Part shown: positions 1 to 14,601 of the stretch, one piece after another
Layout: each line of letters begins with the position of its first letter
Position numbering within the stretch: the stretch's first letter is position 1
Assembly: GCF_009914755.1 (NCBI RefSeq)
Contig: NC_060925.1
Direction: 5' to 3' (one strand)
DNA length: 64,000 nt
Source of the DNA: the human T2T-CHM13v2.0 reference genome, Homo sapiens
Translations under genes and position numbers: made by a program
The notes under the pieces: model-generated
Told to the model about the DNA's origin: nothing
What the model saw: the letters and a program-made list of their open reading frames with translations, nothing else
Database searches by the model: none

Positions 1-93
1 CCATGGCACACATTTGCCTATGTAGCAAACCTGCACTTCCTGCACATGTACCCCAGAACTTTAAATAAAAGTTGGAAATTAAAAAAAAAAAAA
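1..93 (+). mobile_element. L1 (L1PA/L1PB-type) 3' end with poly(A) tail
   Basis: cctatgtagcaaacctgcac...catgtaccccagaactttaaataaaa followed by an A-run, the typical primate L1 3' terminus. Confidence 0.85.
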
Positions 94-289
94 GTATTGG
101 GCATGAGGTCCAAAAGAGAATTGGTATCAACTAAGTACCGTTAACATACAAGATATGACAATGAAGAATTAATACTGATTAGCTGCTAGATACGAAGATG
201 CTTACATATAAACAAGCACGTTTTTCAAAATAAACATCTTGAAACTAAAAAAAAAGAAATATGGCTAGTTTGAAAAAGAAAATAAATGT

Positions 290-373
290 TTAATTTTATT
301 TAATTTAAGGTAATTTAAATTTTCAGTAGCCACTTTTGGCCAGTGGCTACCATGTTGGCTAGTGAAGTTCTAG
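290..373. mobile_element. MER3/MER33-like hAT-Charlie fragment
   Basis: ttaaatttt...gtagccac...gtggctaccatgttgg...gttctag motif typical of MER3/MER33 ends. Confidence 0.55.
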
Positions 374-408
374 ATGCTCTGCCGGTTATTTGGTAACTGT
401 AACTTGGT

Positions 409-605
409 AAAGTAAGTTAAAAGAATAAATGTGATGGTGTGCAAGAGTAATATAAAACTAGAAAATATAATTTAAAAATTTAGAATAGCTAGGAACTATG
501 AAAAGTAGGAAGAAATAATTTACTAATCAACTACAAAGCATTAGCAGAATAAAATTGGCAGGAGAGTGATAAAATCACATGTAAATTGCAAAATGAAGGT
601 TAAAA
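409..605 (+). repeat. Local direct duplication, copy A (partner 2876-3099)
   Basis: Shares aaagtaagttaaaagaataaat...taatcaactacaaagca...gaataaaattggcaggagagtgataaaat...catgtaaattgcaaaatgaaggttaaaa with 2876-3099. Confidence 0.9.
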
Positions 606-1089
606 TGAAGCCACCAAAGTGGGGTGACGGTGTTAGAGGTGTCACCATGCTGTGAAAACAGAGTAGACTTCTTAACACAAAACATAGAAAAGCATGCTTT
701 CTGCTTAAATCAGCCTTTCCAAAAATAAATAGAGCTCTTTATTAAAAATTAACTATATACAAGAAGTGAACTCTGGTTATCATAATAATATGCTTCAAAC
801 TATTAAATAATATGGAGGAAGATTTAAAATATAAATATAGAAATACCTACATTTGTTATGGTTTTTTTGAAATAATTTTTCACTGTGTCAGCCACTAATT
901 CATCCAACCTAATAATTCTTCAAGCCCAAGCAGGACATGTCTTTGAACTCATCTTGAACTCTTTCTTTAAGTCTAAACCCTGTAGGGCTTACATAAGATA
1001 GAGTCTTTGTTTCAAGTCTCCCAGGTGACCTAAGCCTTTGCTGGCAGCCTCTGCCTCGCCGTTTCTTCCTCCCTGCCCTGCTAGTCTAT

Positions 1090-1243
1090 TCCAAGTGTAG
1101 TCTGCAGATCAACAACATTACCTGGGAGCTTGTGAGCCATGCAGAATCTCAGGCCCCGCCCAGACCTATTAAATCAGATGCTACAATTTAACGAGATCCC
1201 CTGGCAATTGTTAAGCACATTAAGTTTGAGAAGCTCTGCTCTA
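1090..1243. mobile_element. MER5A/MER5B DNA transposon
   Basis: acctgggagcttgt...gcagaatctcaggccccgcccagaccta...tttaacgagatcccc...aagtttgagaagctctgctcta. Confidence 0.85.
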
Positions 1244-1329
1244 GTGTGTAAAGTCTACATGCTCTCTAGGGCTTACTGAAGAGAAGGAATTACATAGCTT
1301 TATTTGCATTAAGGATACCTTTTAAAATG

Positions 1330-1951
<622 letters not shown>

Positions 1952-2875
1952 AGTCTCTTAAGTTTTAACAAATGTAATACACTTGTATATAAATTTCCTA
2001 CCCTTTGTTTTCTTGTGTCTACCTCATTTGTATAGTTTACAAAACAAAATAAGAAGGAAATGGAAGGACAGGGCACATAGTTGTCCACAGAATAGTCTGT
2101 TCTTTTCCCAGCAGCCAGGGGCTCCCTCCCTTCCACCTCCTATCCTCAGTCCCTCATTCTATCTTATAGCCAAGCATTGCTAGAAAGGCCAATTTAAATC
2201 AAATGAGATGGTTTAGTTTTATTCTACACTTGTCTCATGTTCTGATATGGTGAGCCTGCTTTTAAAGGCTTGTATTCAACTTATATTCACATTTCAATGA
2301 GAAAAGTTTTTGAGATATATAAAAATAGAAACTTTCTAATAGATATCAGAAAGTTGAATTATAGTGTGATTACCTCACTATTACATTTTTCCTCTTTTGC
2401 CTTTTGCCGTTTCTCCCCTTTCTTCTTTCCCTTTATCCAGATAGACCCTTGACCTCTAGTCCTTAGGCCAAGTGAAGGGAATTGACAAGAACCTTATAGT
2501 GAAAGAATTTATGTTGCCTGGTGATAAGCATTTTGGAGACCGAATGATATGGAAAAGAACTCTTAAGAACTCAATTATGACTGTTCTGTTGTGTATCCTC
2601 TCAGGGTGGCATATGGAAGGCTTACGACTAGTTCATTTCTTTATTAAAATTAAATTTGGAAAATATTTAGACAGCTCTTTCCTGGATCTAGGCTACCCTA
2701 CACCTTTATTGTGTCATATTTGGTTAACCTGCCTAGATAGTGACCCAGTGATCATACATGAGAGCAGGATTTTAGATCAAGTGTTACTTCGCTGAGAAAT
2801 GTGTGGTACTCATTATAACAGAAGGCAAGACTGTTCTAGAATCTAGGTGTGAAGTATCAGCAGAGGTGGATTTTT

Positions 2876-3099
2876 AAAGTAAGTTAAAAGAATAAATATG
2901 ATAGCCTGCAAGGGTAATATAATATAAATAGAACTAGAAAATTAAATAGAAAATATAATTTAAAAAATTAGAATAGCAAGGAACTAAGAAAAAGAAAAGT
3001 AGGAAGAAAGAATTTAGTAATCAACTACAAAGCACTGGAAGAATAAAATTGGCAGGAGAGTGATAAAATTGCATGTAAATTGCAAAATGAAGGTTAAAA
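2876..3099 (+). repeat. Local direct duplication, copy B (partner 409-605)
   Basis: Aligns by eye with 409-605; copy B has small extra slippage insertions. Confidence 0.9.
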
Positions 3100-4317
3100 G
3101 CAATTAAGATACACGGGTACTGAAGAGAATAATAAAAACATAAAATAAGCTAGGATGAGTAGTTAAAATAAATAACACCAGCTAAGAAGATACTTACAAA
3201 GATTAAAAAACAGATCAAGTAGTAATAAAATAAGGAAGTGGTTTAAGGCAGTAAATTAAAGAACAATTAAAAAACAATAAGGAGAGAAAATTAACAGGCC
3301 AAAATGACACTTAATAACTGTATTAATAGCTAACATTTATTGACTTCTTTCTATGTGGTAGACACTTTATGTACATTAACTTCTTTAATTCAAGTGTATT
3401 AAAATAATTAGGAATTTATTTTTGGGGTAAGCAAAAAAAAGTTCAGAGAAGGGAAAGCCAGGCATCAGGGCAATAACCCTCCCCTCGCTAAAAAAACAAA
3501 AACAAAAAAAAACAAAACCTGAAGGTAAGCAAAATAGATCTGCAGATATCAATTTTCATTCCTTGTCTAATGTGGTGATTTTTGCGGTTGAAAAACACCC
3601 AGTACCTGCCCTGGTACTTTTCTTCAGATCACAGGTTCCCGAAGTGGCTAGCGTTATAAAATGAGCATTCTCTTTTTCTCTCGTCATAGATAAGATTGAC
3701 CTTTGTTAGGGGCAAAGACGTTTTCAATCAGTAGAATCCATAGCCCAGAACCTATGGCAGTGGGCAAACATCTCATAAGCCCACTCATCTTACGTGACCT
3801 AGCTCAGGCCTATCTTCTGGAAGTACTTCCTAGTTCCTTCAGACTGTGCCTATGTACTACTTAGTACACTGGAGTTGGAGTGGAATTTCGTTTCTGACAC
3901 TTATCTTTCATTCCTCTCTAGACCATAGAATTCTGAAGAGAAGGATCATAGTTTTATATCCTGTTCCTCAACTCAGGCCTGGTATACAGTAGGTGCTCAA
4001 TGAATGCTTTTCAAAGTGAGCCTAGTTGAACCTGTTGTCAGTGGGTTTTGTGTGTATGTTTTTTTAACCAGCAACCGGTCTATTCTGACTGGATTTTCTG
4101 CCTGCCTTGAACCCCCACAAACATGTATTTTTGTGTTTCTATTATCCAGAGAATTTCTTCCACAAGAAAATGGCTTTTTGTACTTTTTTTTTTTTTTCTG
4201 TTTACCACAGACTGGTACCCATCTTTTACCTCCAACTTATTTATATTGCATACCCTATAATTTTTATGCCAGAAATATTTTATGGGTGTATATATACCCT
4301 GGATATGGGTATATATA

Positions 4318-4323
<6 letters not shown>

Positions 4324-4374
<51 letters not shown>
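4324..4374. repeat. (TG)n microsatellite, about 25 units
   Basis: Directly visible. Confidence 0.97.
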
Positions 4375-4376
<2 letters not shown>

Positions 4377-4621
4377 TCAGAGCTCAGATATCTGTGACTG
4401 TTTTTTCTCTTTTCCATACTTTTCTTTGGGGCAGCTGTTATCTCTGTGGCCTTGAGCTTGATCCATAATTCATTCATTCACTCATTCACTCATTTGTTTA
4501 GTAGATGTTTTCTTGAGACTTATTATTACTCAGAATAGTGTTGGGCATTAAGGCAAAGAAAATGAAAAGGAGACCTAATGCCTGTTCTTGAGCAGCTCTC
4601 TGTCTTGATCTTGTTGTTTAG

Positions 4622-4948
<327 letters not shown>

Positions 4949-5199
4949 AGCCCTATTTTTCATGGAAAGGAAAAAACAACTATTAACACTCTTCACAGGT
5001 TATTGTTGTATTTTGAAAAGAGTTATGAAATCCCTTGCTAACTTTCTCTTCTCTGGGGAAAAGAGTCTGAGTTCCCTCAGCCTTTCTTCCTAAGACCTGT
5101 GGTTGGCTATAAATTGCATTGGTTGCTCTTCTCTAATGACCTCTGGAGATTGGCAACACCAAACAAAGACATGAGTTAGATATGGACTCTTCTTCAGAC

Positions 5200-5985
5200 A
5201 CTTTGTTTAAATTTTAAATTTTTTTCTGATTGCAAATTAGTATTTAATGTAGAAAATTTGGAGAATTCAGGAAAACCACAAAGAAGAAAATTTACTGTTA
5301 ACTTTGTGCTCATAGCCTTCTAGCACTTTATGTATAAGTGTGTTTTTTATGTGGGTGTAAGAAAGTTACATTTCCTTTTACCTACCTATATTACTAAAAA
5401 TGTGTTATGAATATTTTCCATATCATTAAACATTCTTCTCAAGCATAACTTTAAATAACTGCATAGGAAACTGTTATAGGGAAAGTCCACAATGTGTTTA
5501 ATCAATTTATACTATAGAACATTTAAGCTACTTTTGATTTTGGTTTTTTTTTTTTTTTTTTACTATTATTAATAACACGGTGGTAAGCTTTATAGTACAG
5601 AACATTTAATGCACATTTTCTGTTATTTCCTTGGATAAATTTCTAAAAATGGAATTGCTAGATCAAAGGGTATGCATAAGTTTACAGTCTTTGTGATGTA
5701 TTGTAAACTTTTCTTCTAGGAACTTCTATTAATTTATGGTTCTCACTAACAGTTTCTGGTAGTTTCCATTTCCTCACACCCTCAACTGTTTTTCAGTCTT
5801 TGTCAATTATCAAATCATTAAATGGCATCTCGTTTTTATTTTAACTTGTATCCCTTGGGTTGCTAGTGCGATTGAACATTTTTTATATGTTTATTGGCCT
5901 TTTGTACATATTCTGGAAATGTTCATCTCTTTTCTTATTGATTTCTAAGAACTCTTATAATACAATAAGGATATTAATCCTCCTG
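5200..5985 (-). mobile_element. Old L1M (L1MC/ME-type) fragments
   Basis: tttccttggataaatttctaaaaatggaattgctagatcaaagggtatgc; attgaacattttttatatgtttattggcc. Confidence 0.7.
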
Positions 5986-8900
5986 CACTTGGCCAGCATT
6001 TAGTAAATAGAGGAAATTCTATTTCTGAGTGGAGGAGGACTCCTGTGGAATAAGGCCCCAAGTCTCATCCTATTTCTGTGTAAAGTTCTTCAGAGTGAAA
6101 GCTGGATTGTTGCCCTAGGAAAACTAAAGGCAGATCTGTAAGTGATACCAGTATTGATCTTAAAATAAATAAATTAATTAACCCTACAATCTGAACTAGC
6201 TTGACATTTTCTATTTTTCTGATCTATGAAAAATCTCAGGTTGTAAAATAGTGCCCAAGAATTTTCTAAAAGAACCTAGAGATATGTTAGTGGAAAGTTT
6301 GGGGGGAGATCTGCCCTAGGCCTAGTATGACCCTAAGCCAAATAAATAAATCCTTGGCTTGTTTATATAGCCAGGTTGAAGAGATAATAGTTACATCTAT
6401 TAAAAAAGCTTTCTTATGACCTTTGCTACACTTAGGTCAAGAAAATGGTATTTTGAGTGACTAGATGTTTTATTTTGGATGCTCGATCAGTCTCCTTGTT
6501 TCTTTTACTATCTGTAAGATAACACATTCTTCTCAGTTGTTGAACTTTGACATCTCACCATCATATGCTCTGCCCATCTTATTCCGTAGCAGCACACATA
6601 AAGAAAGGCCAAAGCAGACTCCTGAACCCACAGTACAGCTGGAAGGTTTCTACTGCAGAGATTCTGGGACTCTTTAAAAAGAAAAAAATTAAAATTTCAA
6701 AAAATCAAACCCCCTTACACTTGGATGAGAATTCCAGAATAAAAGAGGGTGTCCCCCAGCATCCCCTGAATATTTCTAGGGTGGTGTCAAGTGAATTCAA
6801 AATTCTTGAGCACATAGATTGTTTTCAAGCTCTTGTTTTCATTTCATCAGTAAATAGAATTTTAAAAACAACAATATCCTCCCATCAGTAAATTTGGCAC
6901 AATGGATACTAGCACTCCGTTCTCGTACATTCTTGTCAACATTTTCTTTCTGCATCCCCCACCCCCAAGCCTGGGCCTGCTTCCCACTATATCTCCCACA
7001 ACCCTTCTGTTAGCTGTAATGACCCTGCAAACACTAAATGGCATTTGAGTGCATTAAGCAGCAAACTCTCTGGTGACATAGCAATTATGGCTCTGAAATA
7101 GATTTGGTGCGTCACGGAAGATAAGGGTTTTGAAAGTTTCTATTGTGATTATAGCCTGTAACTCCCACAAATAATAGGCTTCAAAATAAGAGGCTGCCAA
7201 CGGAGCCTTTGTGGCTTTGTCTCAGTGATGGCACGTAAATTGCTATTAATGTCCTAAGTGTACTTGAATATGCCAGTCTTTGGGATGTGGAGTTGGCTCA
7301 GTGTCTCTCTTTACACGGCATGTCATTGTTGGTCTGATAATCTGGGGTAATTGCTGTCTCTTGGATGGTCAGAAAAGTGTAAGGGGTTTAGCTTCCTGTG
7401 TGATGGTAAATAGCCTCAAAATTTACCCCACGAGGGCAGGTTCACACATACTGGCTGTGTGTGTATTTCATGTGTAGCCACCGTTCACCGTTAAGATGTG
7501 TATACAATCTCTGTGTGTACCCTTAGTAAATAATAGCCTTGTCAACAAAGCCAAAGCAAAATCAAAGGTTATAAAAATGAAATGACGAATTCAGGGCTGT
7601 ATAGGTTCAGCCAATCAGATAATTTATATTGAGAGTTTAAAAAAGAAAAAGAATACCCTTACTTGAATTATCTAGGTTTAGCTTTATGAGGAAGCTTTAT
7701 GCTTCCTCTTTTCTAGTGTAGCTACTCTTTTCTAGTGTAAGTAGCATCTGTGTGTCTGTCTATATTCTTTAGGTAGTATGAGTACATTCGAAATGTATAT
7801 CAGCTCTACGTGAATATAATAAATGTGGAAATTATGCATGTTGTCGAATGCTGTTTGTTGATGTTTAGAAGTGTGTTTTTATTTTGGTTTGTGCAGCTGT
7901 GCAGGCAGAGGTTATTTATTCAGATATAAGTAGAATTCTCTGCACTAAGGCACCTTTGTTTAGCTAAAATCAAGCTGAGCTTATTTTTCTTTGCCAGGAG
8001 ATCAGGATAGCCTTTGGAAAAAGTAAGAAAATCAAACTTGAAGCTTTAGCCTCTTGTATGTCCATTTAGCCTAAGGACCTTAAGTCTGTAAGACATGAAC
8101 ACGTTATGTGTAACTGTCCTATTTGTACTTTTAACAGAAATGGAAAAGCAACTCAACCCAAAACCTGGAAATGCACACCATCTCCTATACTATGTGAGTT
8201 ATGGAGAGGCTCAGCTAAAACCACCCCGTGTCTCAGATCCCTTATATGGCATTATTAATCCTGGATCTTCGCAACAGATTCATTAGAAAAGAATAAAGCT
8301 AAGAAGGAGCCAGAGTAGATCTTGATCTCAGAGTTGATGTATTATACAAGCGCACTTTAATAATGTGGCATTAGGATGTTGGCAGGAGGGCACACTATGA
8401 TGGTGCTACAGTTGATGGAATCTTCCAGTTGGTGACTGAGCACCCCTTAGCAGTTAGGGTGCATGCAAGATAAAATTCAAGGTAGTAACTTCTAACAAGA
8501 GAGTTTGTTTTCATACCGTGTGAACATGGATCAGATATACCATCTTACTCTTAGGTCTTAGACCAGAACTCTGCCTTGCCAGTGTAAGTTAAGCCATATT
8601 CACTGGCAAGGTGGTGCCGCCCATGGTCAAGCCTCAGAAGCATAGCCCTGCAGGAGCAGAGCTTGTCTTGTTCAAAACCAAGTTTGATGAGGTGGATTGT
8701 TGCTTAGTAGCAGGAGATATTAGAATCCTCGGACTTTTCTGAGGCCAGTCTTGTGATTCATATGTTCTAGCATCTTAATAAACAACATAGGGATTCCCAA
8801 AGGTGAACTGAAGAGCACAAGTCACCTGCCTTTAGCTGTGAGCATCCAAAGTAGCTGTGCTCTGCATGTGGAGCGCACACATTGTCCCACAGCCCCGTCT

Positions 8901-10600
8901 TTTGAAAATTGAAATGTCCAAAAAGCAGTAGCAGGCAGTGGGTACTAAGTCTGGCAAATCCTGGGTTCTGAGATCTAGTTTTCTCTCCTGAGAAGTAGGA
9001 GTAAGAGTTCACACTAGATTTGTGTACCACTGTGTATTTGTGATCCAGAGCAAGAGATGGACCTATAACTGTGCAGTTATGCTGGGCACCTGCAGCCAAG
9101 CCATCCAGTATTCACAGGAACGAGACACCAAGGGAAGGCTTCAAAGCCATCATTTCTCCTTCCATTCAATCAAGTGCTTAATTGAGCAGCTGCTGTGTCA
9201 AACATGAGCCTAGTCCTGTAATGGCTTGTTGTTGAATGATTTACCATCTCATTGAGGATAAATATCAAAGTGCTTCATGTAGCCTGCAAGTCTGGGCATG
9301 GCTAAGTCCTCTCCTCTCCGGTCCTGTCTTGCTTCACTTACCACTGTTCTCCCCTGTTCCATTCTTTCTGGCCTTCTTTGAGTCCCTTGGAGACTCTGGA
9401 AAGGCTTCCCTTTGCCCCACTCTTGGCTTGTCTGTTTTCTGTTCACCTTCAGGCTGATTTTCCGTAAGCCCAAGTGAGGTCCCTCTTTTGTACTGTCTCC
9501 TAGCACTTATTGCCATCTAGAATCTGTATACATTATTTTGATAATATAGCAAATGTCAATTTCCTGCAAAACAGTAAACTCCTTGAGAGCAGAAACAAGA
9601 TTTTTTTAACTTATTTTATCAACCACTGTATGCCCAGTATGTAGCACAAGTGGGCACTGAATACGTATTTACGTAATTAAAAACTAAGTGATTACAGCCA
9701 AAAACATATGGTGCTCACTTGGAGATTTTAAATGATAAATAAAAGTTGCACGTAGTTTTAAATGTCAAAATGAAGGATCAGTAAGTCAGTGGTATTAGAG
9801 GCTAGAGACATGGGTGATGTGTGCCTTGAAGAAACCTACAATAAGAAAGTGACTCTCAAGCTGGGCCTTGAAAGATGACACGGATTTGTAGAGACCAGAG
9901 GAGATAGACAGGCAAAGGCAAAAAAATCCTCTCACTTGACTTCTCAGTACAGTAAAGGAAGGATTCTCACTTTGACAATGAAAAATTATTATTTCTTTGC
10001 AGCAGCGTAAACTACAAAAGTCTTTGCAGCAAGGATTTCTATTCTCCACCAGGAATGGCTGACTGCATTGCACTGCTAATCTTTCTGAACATAGAGACCT
10101 ATAAACAAGATCTCAGGATTCAAGAGGCTTGATGGGAGCCAGACTAGAGAGGAGTGTGGTGGTGTGGCATTGATATGAAGCCACCAGGGGCTGACCTAGT
10201 GGTAGGTGGCAATTAGAGAGGATACCCTGGCAGTCAAAGGACTATGGAAACAGGAATCCTAGAGCCAGCAGCATGAGTTAATCCAAGCAGAGGATTGGCT
10301 TCTGGGAAGTACGATGGCAGGTAGTAGTTGGTGAGCTGAGGTTCCAGAGCAGTATTCCAATAACAAGAGCAAGTCACTTTCTCGGTCTTTAAGGAACTGT
10401 AATAAATAGCAGAAAATTAAGCAAAGCTAGGCATAAGCTTGGTAGAGATGGTCTCAACCACAAGAAAGAAGTTCCTATATGAAGACACTGATGCAAAATG
10501 TCCAAGTAAGACAAGTGGCAAAATTGATTCTGAGTTACCTATGGTACCAAACTAGGCCAGAAGAAAATTTCTTCTGTCTGAGAGCACATGTTATTCCCAT

Positions 10601-10695
10601 ATAGGGTTGCCAGATTTAGCAAATGGAAATACTACATGGGATATACTTATAAAATTACAGTGTAACAGGGCATCCCATATTTTATCTGGCAATGT
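10601..10695. mobile_element. MER53 MITE, internally deleted
   Basis: Terminal inverted repeats tagggttgccagatttagcaaat ... tattttatctggcaa. Confidence 0.75.
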
Positions 10696-12744
10696 CATTC
10701 CTAGATCCTAAGAGGGAAGCTGAATCTGTATATGGGTCTCACACCAGAGAGAGAAAAGATAGGGGCTCAAGGACACAACAGGCCATTAGGAGACTATGTC
10801 TGTTTTGCATTTTTGCAATTCCCACTGTGCTCAGGGTGGTAACTGGGATACAGATGCAGGATGGGTTGTCTTCTCCTTGTGCCTTTCTGGAGAACACTCC
10901 TTGTTAAGATGGTGTGCTAAGCTGTGGCACTGCAACTGTCAGGTTCCAGTGTCCTTCTCAATTGCTTTCCCTAAACGCAAAACAAAACAGTATAAATATT
11001 AATTATCATTGCTTGTTTGGGATAAGCTATGAAGCACCAAATCTCCCTGATGCCAGTTTAGTAAGAGAAACGTTCACTGCCTGAAGATTAAAGTTACCCA
11101 GAAACTTGGCAGTGCTTCTGCTCTGTCTTTTGAGTATTTTCTAGGTGTACACAGCTATTTACATATAGTTGGAATGAATTATGGAGGTCAGGGATCTCAT
11201 GCCATATGTCTCTCCATGCCCATGTTGGGGGATGGATGTCACAGTGCCACCAAGTGTTTCTTTACTTCATCCTATGCCTCTCCAAGAAACATTTATCAAA
11301 ATCGGCGATGTGTCGGGCACTGTGGTGGGCACTTTGGAATAAAAGATAAATTCCACACCCTTGCTTTTATGGTCGGGTAGGTGAAACCGACGTGTGAAGG
11401 AACACACGCAATACAGCAGCACATGTGCTGTGACAGAGGCACATACATAGAACTGGGGGCCTGCAGGAGGAAGAAACAAAAAGCATGGCCAGGGGACAGA
11501 TGGATGTGCAAAGATATTCAAATTCAGTCTTACAAAGCAGCCAAGGTGTGAGTGAGATGTAATTGGAGGAGTGAGGGCACGGCATTCAAGGGGAAAGAAG
11601 CAGGCATGAGACGGCTGCTCTGTCCTGGGAAATTCATGGGAATGTAAATAATTGTGTTGATAGGGGAAGTAAGCAAGATCAAGGCTGCGGCAGAGCTGCT
11701 GAGGACATTGAACCTCATCTTGAGGCCAATGGGTAGCCATTGAAGATTTCAACAGGGAGATGACATGCACAGAATGACACTTTTGAAAGATAGCTCTGGT
11801 GGCAGCTAGAGATAGGACTGGAGGAATACCCAGACCGGGCCTGGATCTCTTTTCCACTGTAAAATTCCCCAGGAAATTTTGAATCTTTTGACGTCCCTAA
11901 GGGGGCTTTCCAATAGCATCTTTTCAAAGTGCTGTCTGTGTAATCTTGGGAAAGTGTTAAGCATATCAGGAAGACATATTTCTTCTAGCTTGATAGAAGA
12001 GTGATGAATCTAGGATGTGACCTCTGCTGTGTGAGCTGATGTCTCCCTGATATATAGTGGCTCTGTGTGTGTTTGCATAGAGAGGGAAAGAGGATGCATC
12101 CGTGTCTCTGTTTTTCTTCCCGGCCGTTCCCAACAGTGACTGGGTGATTGAGGGGCTGGAGCACGTGCAGCTCCTCACCCACGCTGAAGGCATCTCTAGT
12201 AATGGCATCTGGCCCATATGCAGATCTAGCTCCACTCTGTGCTGACATCAGCCGGTTTGTGGCACCTCAGCGTATTTCTGGGTTGCAAATGAGAGTTTCT
12301 TAGTGCCAGGCTTGCTTGGGCTGTCACATCAGGTGATGAATTCTCTGCATCAACCGTGTGCTGCTAAGGTAATCGCAGAGGAAGAGTGGGAAAAAGAGGA
12401 GATGGGGCAGGTGCTTCTCAGCCCTGCAGCCGCTGCTCAGGGCTAAAAGCAGCACTGGATCCACAACAGGGAGGGAGAAGCAACTATCTGTGGTCCCCGT
12501 TCTGGTTCAAGGAGGGTGGTAGAGAAAAGGCAGGGTTTTGGTTGCAATTCTGTGTCACGTGTCCTGTCAGGAGAAACCACGTGGGTTTTCCCATCTGCCA
12601 TTGCCCCATCCTTGGCTCAAGAGCTAGCTCCCTCTACCTCCTCAGACAGGCATGTTTTGCATTACCTTTTAGGTGAAGTTCTAGCAAAATTTGGTGTATA
12701 TCAAATTATATGCCAAATTCTTTAGGATAGACCATAGAGTAAAT

Positions 12745-12832
12745 AGTCATTTTTATTCCCGAAACACTTTGTTTCCAAATATCTTTGTGTTTTGGAAATC
12801 CAGATTTTCTTATCTTGGGAACCTGCTGTATT
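12745..12832 (+). repeat. 88-bp local direct duplication, copy A (partner 14514-14601)
   Basis: 84/88 identical to 14514-14601; all four differences are C/T. Confidence 0.95.
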
Positions 12833-13695
12833 TTATCTTAGTTTTATATTCTATGAGCTTCTCTCTTGGTGAGCTCCAGGTTGAGCTGCTCTGCTGGCTT
12901 AGGCTTCATCTGGTAGAATTAAAAGTTACATTGGGTCACACGTCCCAGGTGTTGCATCACAGGCCACAGAATTACCTATATAAAACTGAGTGCAAATGTA
13001 GACACTCTTCCACTAAATTGTTTTTAGCAATTAAAAGTGTACCTTTGGTTTTGCAGATTTTACCTCCCACCCTGTGACCCCTCAGTGTGGTTTATGACAT
13101 TAGCATTTCCAAGAGTGTGTTCATTATAAAGAATTGTTTGCATCAGAAAGTAGAGAGGGAAGCTGAGGTGCAGAAAAAAAATAAAAATAAAAGTCTTATT
13201 TTCCACCCCGCCCCCACCCACCGCACAGTTGTTAATGAAAGCATCCTCTCCTCTCACTCTGCCCAGAGATAAATAAACACACAAAGGCGGAGTTTCCTAC
13301 TTAATATTCACCCACAGTCGAGGTAGAGGGAAGGAATTGCTCCCCAGGGTTAACGTGGCAGTAAGCGAGGTCAGCTGTTTCCCAAGACGGTGCAGCCTCT
13401 GAACGTCTTCCATCACAGCTAGAATGATACAGCTGAAGCAGCCGAAGTGATTTACAGGAAACCCAGTTAACTTGAGTTTGCTTGCAGTTTCTATCTTATG
13501 ATGGTTTTAGCAGTAACAGCAGCAAATAATATACCGTCCTATAAAGCACCTCTAGAGAAAAGAATTCTTCCACATTCCCCAGCATGACATGCTTCTTCTA
13601 AAAAGTATTTGTGTTTCTCTAACTTAAACCCTATAGGCTACAATGTCCTAAATTTGGTGAGAAGTGGGAGGTCATAGCTGGCATATCCTGGAATA

Positions 13696-13802
13696 GGGTG
13701 GCCAAAAGTCTCATTTTGCTCAGGCTGTTGGGGTCTACTCGGATCTGAGACTTTAGGTACTAACATGGGAAAGTCCTGGGCAAACTGGGATGGATGGTCA
13801 CC
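13696..13802. mobile_element. MER94/MER81-like hAT-Blackjack MITE
   Basis: Ends agggtggcc ... gggaaagtcctgggcaaactgggatggatggtcacc. Confidence 0.65.
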
Positions 13803-14513
13803 AAATCTGAGGGGGTGTGTGTGTGTGTATCTGTGTGCATATTTATGGTTGGAGGGGGAGTGGAAAAAAGGGGAGTGAAAGAGGTTTTGTTTAATGTATT
13901 TCTTTTAGCTAGAAGGTTTTATATATTCTTCACTAGGCCAACTAGAATAATATAATGCTGGTTTTGAGATTAGCTTGAAATAATTCCTATTTCTCCCATC
14001 TGTGGGTTCTCTATACCCCCTAACATCTTACACACTGGTCTGAGAAAACAGAACTTTTTAAAGAAAAGAGATCAAATTTTTACTATTTGAGTTATTTCAG
14101 GTCTGGGATGACTCAAGAAGAAGTCTCCCAGAACCTTCTGGGCAATATAGAATGCCTTGTCAATTCCTTCTTAATGAAACACCACAGAACTAATTTTCTT
14201 TACTAATGGCTTCATTTTTTGCACCACTTATTGTTATCTTAATGGAATTATGGCATGGCTAAAATGATAGAGTGGTGATTTGTGAGCAATGTAATAGAAC
14301 TCCATTGTTCCATGACCTATGACATGTACGCTCACTGCTTTCATAGAGCTTCCTTATCTGCTTATTTTATACCAGGGTGATTCTAAGATACATGCCTTTT
14401 TTCTTTCTTTCTTTCTTTCTTTTTTTTTTTTTTTTTACCAGAATTTTACTCTACTTCATGACATTGTACTTAAAAACTTAAAAAAAAAGTTTTCTTAAAT
14501 TTCTGTACTGCTG

Positions 14514-14601
14514 AGTCATTTTTATTCCTGAAACACTTTGTTTCCAAATATCTTTGTGCTTTGGAAATCCAGATTTTCTTATCTCGGGAACCTGCTGCAT
14601 T
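14514..14601 (+). repeat. 88-bp local direct duplication, copy B
   Basis: See 12745-12832. Confidence 0.95.

Noticed and set aside
7706-7739. 15-bp tandem repeat ctcttttctagtgta
   Set aside because: Ordinary slippage duplication.
10180-10194. CTCF-like gccaccaggggctg
   Set aside because: Lacks the GGC(G/A) 3' core in register; too weak without ChIP data.
11267-11857. 196-aa minus-strand ORF
   Set aside because: Lies over degraded L2-like sequence with no protein features.
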